The position numbers were made by a program, and so were the translations under genes. Under the pieces are notes generated by a model. It ran no database searches, had not been told where the DNA came from, and saw only the letters and a list, made by a program, of their open reading frames with translations. From an uncultured Candidatus Saccharibacteria bacterium (GTDB lineage Bacteria; Patescibacteriota; Saccharimonadia; Saccharimonadales; AWTP1-31): a stretch of 50,389 bases of DNA. This document shows positions 39,897 to 46,838 of this stretch, one piece after another. Each line of letters starts with the position of its first letter. Position 1 is the stretch's first letter. The DNA lies in the NCBI GenBank assembly GCA_964530555.1, contig CAZHBD010000003.1:1-50389 (forward strand), written 5' to 3'.

Positions 39897-40261
39897 TTGA
39901 CATCACCTCTCGTTGCGATAGCTTCAATTTCGACAAGTAAGCTCGTATTGGCGACGCGTGGTAGTTCTTTTACCGCCACAGTGCTACGTGCTGGCTTGCA
40001 TTGTGCTTTTGCAAAAATCTCGGCATACACTTTGTTCATCGTATCGAAATACTTCATATCTGTTAAAAAAACCGTAACCTTTATAACCTGGCTCAAACTG
40101 CTCCCAACGTCTGCGAGAACGTCGCTTAGGTTTTGGAGCGCTTGCTTCACCTGGTTCTCTATATCTGTGCTTGCCATGCCGTCTTTGGTCCCTACTTGTC
40201 CAGCAGTAAATACCAGCTGCCCTACTGTTGCGCAGGGACTGTATGGTCCAAAAGTTTTCAT
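39893..40261 (-). CDS. ridA: RidA/YjgF family reactive enamine/imine deaminase
   Basis: 122 aa. GPYSPCATVGQLVFTAGQ and ARSTVAVKELPRVANTSLLVEIEAIA. 4-nt overlap with ilvA. Confidence 0.9.
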   Translation of the reverse strand: MKTFGPYSPCATVGQLVFTAGQVGTKDGMASTDIENQVKQALQNLSDVLADVGSSLSQVIKVTVFLTDMKYFDTMNKVYAEIFAKAQCKPARSTVAVKELPRVANTSLLVEIEAIATRGDVK

Positions 40262-40273
40262 AGCATCTCCTTA

Positions 40274-40308
40274 TATTAAAACGACCTCTCGCGGCTTGGA
40301 GAGGTCGT
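40274..40308 (-). terminator. intrinsic terminator (attenuator) upstream of ridA-ilvA
   Basis: The minus strand reads ACGACCTCTC-caagccgc-GAGAGGTCGT followed by TTTTAAT, then the AAGGAGA SD of ridA. Confidence 0.7.
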
Positions 40309-40327
40309 TGCTTGGATCAAATCGACA

Positions 40328-40378
40328 TCAGCCGCTGGTGCGGTTGGTAATAATGTCGATAATGATTTGTTTACCCAT
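40328..40378 (-). CDS. candidate ilv leader peptide MGKQIIIDIITNRTSG (16 aa, 5 Ile)
   Basis: ATG GGT AAA CAA ATC ATT ATC GAC ATT ATT ACC AAC CGC ACC AGC GGC TGA. It lies 7 nt downstream of a TATGAT -10 box and is embedded in alternative hairpins upstream of the terminator. Confidence 0.55.
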   Translation of the reverse strand: MGKQIIIDIITNRTSG

Positions 40379-40385
40379 GCATCTC

Positions 40386-40413
40386 ATCATACGCTGTGAC
40401 GAAGGTATGTCAA
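40386..40413 (-). promoter_or_regulatory. sigma70-type promoter of the ilv leader
   Basis: TTGACA (40413-40408), a 16-nt spacer, then TATGAT (40391-40386). Confidence 0.55.
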
Positions 40414-40416
40414 GAG

Positions 40417-40875
40417 CTATGCTGCCAACTCTCTAGCTGCTTGAGCATCAAAATCTGCCCGCAGTATCTCTATCCCCGCTTGCCTGGCATCAGCCTCTAC
40501 ACTAATGACTAGGCGCTCAGTGGGATTAGGTCCCCAGGCGATATCAAGCCCTTCGCTCGGCTGCACGCCATAGCGTTCGTCAAAATACTCACAAAAGCGA
40601 GCTACTGCGCAACGACCAATAGCGATCTGCTTACGATAGTGGGGTTCCATTTCTGGGTACCTGACAATGCCTTCGATCAAGCGACGAGTGTCTATGTGTT
40701 GTCTGGCGACCATACGGTCAAGTCGGGTTCGATGATAGGTATCTACGTCGCCAATGGTTGCGATAATATCTTCAGCTAAAAAGCCTTTTTCCTTTTCGGT
40801 GTAGGGTCGCAATTTGGGCTCGGGGACAGGAGTTGTAGGCTCCGGAAAACGTTCAGTTAAGCGATGCTTCTGCAT
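40417..40875 (-). CDS. hypothetical protein (152 aa)
   Basis: AAGGAAC lies 7 nt before the ATG. Ordinary composition, no recognisable motif. Confidence 0.55.
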   Translation of the reverse strand: MQKHRLTERFPEPTTPVPEPKLRPYTEKEKGFLAEDIIATIGDVDTYHRTRLDRMVARQHIDTRRLIEGIVRYPEMEPHYRKQIAIGRCAVARFCEYFDERYGVQPSEGLDIAWGPNPTERLVISVEADARQAGIEILRADFDAQAARELAA

Positions 40876-40891
40876 ATGATTGTTCCTTATT

Positions 40892-40924
40892 CAAAATAAT
40901 AAATCAGGCAGTTAAAGCCTGATT
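40892..40924 (-). terminator. hairpin terminator after ilvE
   Basis: The minus strand reads AATCAGGC-tttaact-GCCTGATT followed by TATTATTTTG. Confidence 0.5.
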
Positions 40925-41059
40925 CATCGGGCTGCGCAGTGGCGATAATACGCTCAGGCTTCAACTATGCTGAAGCGCAGCCCAGGAAGGCTGAGAAGGA
41001 GCAAAAGTTGCTGAGTCGTTTGTTTCACACCATCACAATAGAGGTGGGTATCCGGTTTG

Positions 41060-41983
41060 TCAAGATTTCGAGCGGGGGACGATGGTTAGCCACTGGTGTT
41101 TCGGGTCGTGCGTTGCCTGCTGAAAGCGCTTCTGGATTTCACTAAATACTTTACCAGGCGCGGTGCTGATAGATACACCATCAACTTGCTCTACCCAGCT
41201 GAGCTCAGTTGCAGTACCTGAGAAGAAGACTTCATCAGCAATATACAGTTCTGTGCGGTCAATGGGACGCTCCGCAGTTTTAATACCGGCTTGCTCTGCT
41301 AGTTCAATCACGCTCCGCCGCGTAATACCCTCAAGAATATCGGCGGTGACTTGAGGTGTGTACAACACCCCGTCTCGAACCATGAATAAGTTCATAACCG
41401 CACCTTCTCCGACCTGGCCTTCCCCGTCAAGCATAATTGCAGCATCATAACCGGCAGTTTTGGCATCGTGCATCGCTAAGGCTGCATTGACATAGCCTCC
41501 ACTCGCTTTGGTGCGCGGTGGCAATGCATTATCGCTATTGCGGACCCAAGAAGATACAGATACTTTCATGCCGCGCGACTTATCGAAGTAGTCGCCCACA
41601 GCGAGAAGGTGCAACGAAAAACTATAGTCGCCACTGATAGATGGACTGAGCGCTGTATCGCTACGGTAAATAAACGGTCGGTAGTAGACATCACTTGTCG
41701 GCTTATTCTTTTTGGTAAGCTCAACGAAAGTCTGTTTGATTTGATCGGCCCTAAACTCGTACGGAAAACGCAATATCTTGGCGCTTCGCTCCATTCGCTG
41801 TAGATGATCTTCCAAGCGGAAAATGCCGATACTGCCATCGTTTTGCAAATAACCTTTGATACCGCCAAAAATGGCGATACCATATTGCAATCCGTTAGTT
41901 GCTATTGAAATTTTTGCGTCACTAAAGGGTACGATGGTATCTTCGAAAAATGCAAATGGTAGATAATCTTGGTGGGCGGCCAT
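41060..41983 (-). CDS. ilvE: branched-chain amino acid aminotransferase (fold type IV)
   Basis: 307 aa. GLQYGIAIFGGIK, YYRPFIY, ASGGYVNAALA and GEGAVMNLFMV are class IV aminotransferase hallmarks. AAGGAGAG SD. Confidence 0.92.
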   Translation of the reverse strand: MAAHQDYLPFAFFEDTIVPFSDAKISIATNGLQYGIAIFGGIKGYLQNDGSIGIFRLEDHLQRMERSAKILRFPYEFRADQIKQTFVELTKKNKPTSDVYYRPFIYRSDTALSPSISGDYSFSLHLLAVGDYFDKSRGMKVSVSSWVRNSDNALPPRTKASGGYVNAALAMHDAKTAGYDAAIMLDGEGQVGEGAVMNLFMVRDGVLYTPQVTADILEGITRRSVIELAEQAGIKTAERPIDRTELYIADEVFFSGTATELSWVEQVDGVSISTAPGKVFSEIQKRFQQATHDPKHQWLTIVPRSKS

Positions 41984-42012
41984 AAACTCTCCTTATGCAA
42001 TAGTGTACACCA

Positions 42013-42041
42013 TTGACATACTCACATATCAGTTATATAAT
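42013..42041 (+). promoter_or_regulatory. perfect-consensus sigma70 promoter
   Basis: TTGACA (42013-42018), exactly 17 nt, then TATAAT (42036-42041), 21 nt upstream of the ATG at 42063. Confidence 0.6.
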
Positions 42042-42062
42042 AGATCTTTAATTATAACCTAT

Positions 42063-42938
42063 ATGAAACGTGGATTAGCCCTAACTGGAGTGCCTGTTGC
42101 GACGGCCGAAGATCGGCTGGTTTTACGGGAGCCACAGGCAGATGCCTGCCCTGCAAGCCGTCGGCTTGCCGAGCGCCGATTGATCGCTGACTATGTGTTG
42201 GCTGCAACGCAAGGCAGTTCAGATTATCAGGATGTTGCTCCTATAACTACAGGTGTTGATTTTGACGATACTGTTGGCAAAATTGCTTCAGGCTTTAGCT
42301 CTATCCTTGCGGATAATGCTGTAACATGGTTACGCTCGGGTGAAATGTATAACGGAGTTCCTGAGCGCGTGGCTCGCTTGGCACATATTTATCGCACGGG
42401 TGCTGGCGATCGACCGCATAAGCTTAACCGAACAATACAGCTTGTCACCCGGATCAATAAAGGGTCTCAAAAAGCTCTGCCATTATTGGTCGACCACCTT
42501 TCTGATGAAGTACGTAAAGCAGTGGCCGATGCATCCTACGAGGTTATCTGTCAGTTGGGCGGGTTGGTTGTTGTCTCTGCTAACAGAGACGTGGCTGATC
42601 CTATTGAAACAGTTCGATCGTCGAAACGGCTTGTTACTGAGCTGTCGCTAGTTAACAAGGAAACTGACAGTGTACTTCACGGCGTGTTGGGCGCTAACGC
42701 CAAACATGTCAAAGGCAAAGATTTTTATGGTGTTCGTTACGACCCTGCTCAATTTGAGCTAGATAGGCGCCGACGTCTGATAACGGTAGATCTGTCGCAT
42801 CATTTTACAGAACCACGATTCTGGGAACCAACACCTGGCTGCCCTGCACAACTTGGCGGAGGAGTTATGAAATTTACAGACGCAGTGCTGGCTAGTTTTG
42901 ATCAGCTGGGTTTGAATGATCAAGCGCTTGTAGCTTGA
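42063..42938 (+). CDS. hypothetical protein (291 aa)
   Basis: Long ORF with native-like codon usage (mostly CGN Arg). No SD and no recognisable motif. The 3' end overlaps the tmk-thyX 3' end by 47 nt. Confidence 0.55.
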   Translation: MKRGLALTGVPVATAEDRLVLREPQADACPASRRLAERRLIADYVLAATQGSSDYQDVAPITTGVDFDDTVGKIASGFSSILADNAVTWLRSGEMYNGVPERVARLAHIYRTGAGDRPHKLNRTIQLVTRINKGSQKALPLLVDHLSDEVRKAVADASYEVICQLGGLVVVSANRDVADPIETVRSSKRLVTELSLVNKETDSVLHGVLGANAKHVKGKDFYGVRYDPAQFELDRRRRLITVDLSHHFTEPRFWEPTPGCPAQLGGGVMKFTDAVLASFDQLGLNDQALVA

Positions 42939-45264
42939 GCTGGGTGTAGCGCTCAGCCGCAAGACGAGTCAGCTCAGGATCCTCACCCTGGTTCACAAAC
43001 TTCATTGCTTCTGCCAACAATGGGTGGACTTCGGCAACCTTTTCGTGCATTTGCTGGACGAGTTTGCGGTAACCCGGATGCCCTTGTGGGCTGGTGCGCA
43101 ACTCGTGGAAGTGAAAGGCCTCGCGGGCGTTGTAGGTCATTTTCCAGCGCATCTTGTGACCAAGTAAGGTGGCATACTGTGCTTCGAGAGCATAACTGTT
43201 CGCCTGCAAGTAGCTATAGAGTTCGGCACTGAGGTCAAAGCACCGTTCGTACAGGTCGCTCAGACCAGCTTCTTCTACCAGTTCCGGAACATCAAAGCCG
43301 AAGCGCGGGGTAAGCTGCTGCCACTCGAGATCGTCAACCATGCGGTGGCGTTGTAAGTCTCGGAAAATACCGTAGTCACAGATGAGGTCCCAATTATAGT
43401 GGATTTTTTCAAGTGCCCGCCCTGGCTTGTGGCGACGATTTAAACGTTCGCCCATATAAGTATGGATAACCTCTGCTTTTTTGGCATATGGCCACGCAGT
43501 AATTTCAGTCTGTAACTCTTGCAACGACAAGTTGGTATGTTCGTAGAGCATGTCAGCGACAATATCTAGTTCGTTGTGTGGCCAGTGACTGCTCAGGCGG
43601 ACTGCTTCGAAATCGCTGCTATGCTGCTGGGCGACCTCGTTGCCGGCCAGTTTCCGCATCGCCTGAGCGGTATTTGCTCGATAAGCGATCATAGCACCAC
43701 CGCGCTCTGGTTTGTCGGCTCGCTCGAGAAAGGTAGGAATGATTTTGCGCGCTTCGTCTAGGATCTGCTGACCAACTGTGCGAAACTCGGGCAGCTCTTC
43801 GCTCAGGAGATGCATGATAAGGCTTTCAAGTGCTTGTCCTGAAGCATAAATACCAACCGTTGCAGTGGTAGCCACAGGGAGTACTGGGCGAATAGCGTCA
43901 CAGGCCTGAGCGCGAGTAGCCCCTTTCCAGGCGGCATCTTGTTCTGATTTAGATACGGTCGATTGGCCCCGTACATAGTCAGTAAGCTTATGCACCATTT
44001 CGGAGTACAGGTCAAAAATAGTATCGAGCGTACGCTCGTAGCGCTCACGAACCTCTGGGGGAAAGTGCTCGGGGGTATGGTATTTGTAGTGGCCGTTTTC
44101 TTTTTGGTCAAAATAGATATAGCGGGTTGATTGTTCAAGATAGGCGGCCAGCCGGCCCCATTCGAGTTTCTTGGTGAGTAAATTGCTTGCTTTCTCGACT
44201 ACCACATGGAGTCCGACCAGCTGCTGAACGGAATCGTCCCCATAGGCAGTGATAACACGTTGCAAAAGCTTCTCGTCTTTGCCGGCTGCTCTGGCGAATT
44301 CATCGAGAATCGTAATGCGCATGTCGTCGCCACGTCGACTCAATCGGGCCATCGCAGCTGCAATTGTGGTTGGGCTTAGCTGATCTGTAAACGCATACAC
44401 GTTGTTGTCGGTGCTGGTAACGGTCTGTTCCAAAAAAGCCTTACCAGCTGGGGTCACCGAGTAATGCCCTTCTTCGTCCTTAGTGACATATTCAGTGTCT
44501 GCTGTCGGTTTTTCGCTTACTGATGGGACAGTTGCTGCAGCCGCAGCCGAACGTTTCTTATCTGGTTTCGGCGGTAATATAGGCTGAATTGTCTCCCATA
44601 GCATGTCGTTTATGATGTTAATATCGAGCAGCTGATTATTGCGAACACAGTCAATTGCTTTGAAGTCTTTCGGGAACATCTGACATAAGTCATCATACAC
44701 AGCCACACTGCGTTTTAGATGGTTGAGATCAGCTTCGTGCAGGTCGCGTTTTTTGTCCGTATAATTCCGCTCACCTTTTTGGTCAATAAGTTGCTGAGAA
44801 ACCTCTGCCGGCACTCGAAGCACGATGTTCTGATCGGGTCGAGGAATTTGCATCATAATGTATTCTAAATTATCGATCCAGATAAAGTAGCCCCGTCGCT
44901 CTTCTGTGTTGGTGAACTTGGTTCCTTGGTGAGCCATGTTACTGGCGGTAAAGCGGTTTGCCAACACGATCTTGCCTTGATTGAGAGCATCACGAATTTG
45001 TGGGGCTGCTTGGTAGCGGTCGAGAGCATAAAACAGTGAGCCGGTATACGGGCCAACTGCCTCAGCACTGCCATAGGCGCCATTCAAATATTCTTTGACA
45101 AAGTAGCTCGATGGCTCGTCATAGCGCGGAAAGTCAAAAGTTGCTATATCGTAGCCATTGTTTTTGAGGCGTTCTTCGAGTAGCTTTAACTGCGTGCCCT
45201 TGCCAGAGCCATCGCTTCCCTCGATTACTAAAAATAAACCATTATTCGGTTGCCCTAACGCCAT
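42892..45264 (-). CDS. tmk-thyX: fusion protein: thymidylate kinase (N-terminal) plus long-form flavin-dependent thymidylate synthase ThyX (C-terminal)
   Basis: N-terminus has LFLVIEGSDGSGKGTQ, DRY and the lid region typical of Tmk. The C-terminal 520 aa or so has the ThyX RHR box (FRDLQRHRMV) and NAREAFHFHELRTSPQGHPGYRKL. Confidence 0.8.
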   Translation of the reverse strand: MALGQPNNGLFLVIEGSDGSGKGTQLKLLEERLKNNGYDIATFDFPRYDEPSSYFVKEYLNGAYGSAEAVGPYTGSLFYALDRYQAAPQIRDALNQGKIVLANRFTASNMAHQGTKFTNTEERRGYFIWIDNLEYIMMQIPRPDQNIVLRVPAEVSQQLIDQKGERNYTDKKRDLHEADLNHLKRSVAVYDDLCQMFPKDFKAIDCVRNNQLLDINIINDMLWETIQPILPPKPDKKRSAAAAATVPSVSEKPTADTEYVTKDEEGHYSVTPAGKAFLEQTVTSTDNNVYAFTDQLSPTTIAAAMARLSRRGDDMRITILDEFARAAGKDEKLLQRVITAYGDDSVQQLVGLHVVVEKASNLLTKKLEWGRLAAYLEQSTRYIYFDQKENGHYKYHTPEHFPPEVRERYERTLDTIFDLYSEMVHKLTDYVRGQSTVSKSEQDAAWKGATRAQACDAIRPVLPVATTATVGIYASGQALESLIMHLLSEELPEFRTVGQQILDEARKIIPTFLERADKPERGGAMIAYRANTAQAMRKLAGNEVAQQHSSDFEAVRLSSHWPHNELDIVADMLYEHTNLSLQELQTEITAWPYAKKAEVIHTYMGERLNRRHKPGRALEKIHYNWDLICDYGIFRDLQRHRMVDDLEWQQLTPRFGFDVPELVEEAGLSDLYERCFDLSAELYSYLQANSYALEAQYATLLGHKMRWKMTYNAREAFHFHELRTSPQGHPGYRKLVQQMHEKVAEVHPLLAEAMKFVNQGEDPELTRLAAERYTQLKLQALDHSNPADQN

Positions 45265-45965
45265 CGTGCTTTTAAACCTTCAATCTCCACCGGTTTACGT
45301 CGTTTATCGCGGTAAGCCCGCGGCAGCATTTGATCTGGTGACCAATCAGCAATAATTGAGGCGAGATCGTCAGCGGAGTTGGGCTGGTACTTGCCGCTCA
45401 GCAGTTTGTATTCTTGATCAACTGGCCCGGTTTCGTAAAACACTAACTGTGCAATGCGTTCTCCGACTGGCAGTACGACGCTCTCGTGCTGGTTCATGTT
45501 GTAAATCTCCATGGTCCAGCGATTGATGTAACCGGGGTCACCCCAACCGGCATCGAGACAAACGGCTACACCGTTACGACCCCAAGTGCTTCGTGCTTGC
45601 ATCGTGCTAGTTCCTGGCGCTTTTATGCCGATAAATTCGTGGGTGTGCGCTAAAATGCGTTCACCTGGTCGCAATACAATAATCGGCTGGTCGGCCGGGA
45701 TATTCTCGAACAATTGCCGTCCGTGTTTATTAGCCCAGTCTTGATGAACCTCAGCTTTTAGTGCGCCGCTAAAATACTGATTGACAGCATACTCGTCAAA
45801 TGGATTATAAAAACCACCTTCACTCGGACGTTCGGTGCGGTAGTACCAGCTGCCAAGTGTAACGTCCACACTGCTACCCGCAATATGTTCTTCAACAAAC
45901 GGATAGAAGACTATGTGACCGTCTTTAATAGCTTGCTTAATTTGTGTGTTGCTGTATACCCCCAC
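45255..45965 (-). CDS. dcd: dCTP deaminase family protein (possibly bifunctional dCTP deaminase/dUTPase)
   Basis: N-terminal IKQAIKDGHIVFYPF..IAGSSVDVTLG. GTG start with AAGGAG 7 nt upstream. 10-nt overlap with tmk-thyX. Confidence 0.8.
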   Translation of the reverse strand: MGVYSNTQIKQAIKDGHIVFYPFVEEHIAGSSVDVTLGSWYYRTERPSEGGFYNPFDEYAVNQYFSGALKAEVHQDWANKHGRQLFENIPADQPIIVLRPGERILAHTHEFIGIKAPGTSTMQARSTWGRNGVAVCLDAGWGDPGYINRWTMEIYNMNQHESVVLPVGERIAQLVFYETGPVDQEYKLLSGKYQPNSADDLASIIADWSPDQMLPRAYRDKRRKPVEIEGLKARWR

Positions 45966-46056
45966 AAACGCTCCTTGTAAGTACTATTTTACGTGACTAT
46001 TTGACATACTGACAAGCTTACTGTTGATATTACAACTGCAGTGGAGAACTTGTCTC

Positions 46057-46800
46057 CTAGTAGCTTTTACCAAGTTGATTGCGCTGCAGGTCAGCGTAAA
46101 TCTTGTGGGCTGCCTCCCGTAACTCGGCTAGCGTCGCGTTATTCGTAATCTGGCTGTCGAATACGACTTTTGCGCGTTCGCGCTCCGTTGGGTCAGCTTG
46201 ATCGAGTACTTGGGCACCGGGACGAGTGATTTGTAATACATGGCCGCCAGCGGACTGGATAATCTGGCCATCACTCGGGAACCTGACACCCCCAATGATA
46301 AACAAGGGACAGCCATTTCTAGCGGCGTTCTGGGCGCGGCGCACCAGTTCGTCGTACCAAATACCTCGGCTGACATGGGTCACGAAGTAGCCGCCCAACC
46401 ATTGTAGTAAGGCTCGGTAGTGCTGCTTATTGTGTGACGTAATTACCTCGTGTGCTAAGGACGGCTGCTGATTAACGTGGGCGATGTACTGAAATAACTT
46501 TTCGTAGTCGGCAGGCTGTTTATTGATGTTCTGCTGTTTCAGAGTGACCTTTTCAAGCGGTACTCTGACCTGGGTGATGTGACCCAGAATGCTTGGCAGG
46601 TGGCTAAGCCAGCGATTGACACTGTCGAGGTCAGTTTCCTTGGGCTGCTCCTTGGCAAAAAACGTATTGAGCTCGTTAGCGACTTCGGAGATGACCAGGC
46701 TGCTTTCAGTCTGTTGAGCCTTCGAGTCGATCTCAGTCAAAAAATTAGCGAGTGTTGTCTTGCCGTGACCGATTGGCCCGGTAATACCAAGCAATATCAT
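46057..46800 (-). CDS. P-loop kinase, deoxynucleoside-monophosphate-kinase-like
   Basis: Walker A GITGPIGHGKTT. FIIGGVRFPSDGQIIQSAGGHVLQITRPG resembles the DVRFPNE..GG..I.V.R core of dNMP kinases. Contains an insert of about 100 aa. Confidence 0.55.
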   Translation of the reverse strand: MILLGITGPIGHGKTTLANFLTEIDSKAQQTESSLVISEVANELNTFFAKEQPKETDLDSVNRWLSHLPSILGHITQVRVPLEKVTLKQQNINKQPADYEKLFQYIAHVNQQPSLAHEVITSHNKQHYRALLQWLGGYFVTHVSRGIWYDELVRRAQNAARNGCPLFIIGGVRFPSDGQIIQSAGGHVLQITRPGAQVLDQADPTERERAKVVFDSQITNNATLAELREAAHKIYADLQRNQLGKSY

Positions 46801-46838
46801 GCGTCTATTATAGACATAACGTCTACAAACGTCGCAAT

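Noticed and set aside
40371-40382. Mini-ORF ATG CAT GGG TAA (MHG) at the start of the ilv leader.
   Set aside because: Its ATG is only 3 nt from the -10 hexamer, so it would lie upstream of the likely transcription start. The overlapping 16-codon Ile-rich ORF fits the spacing and the attenuator logic.
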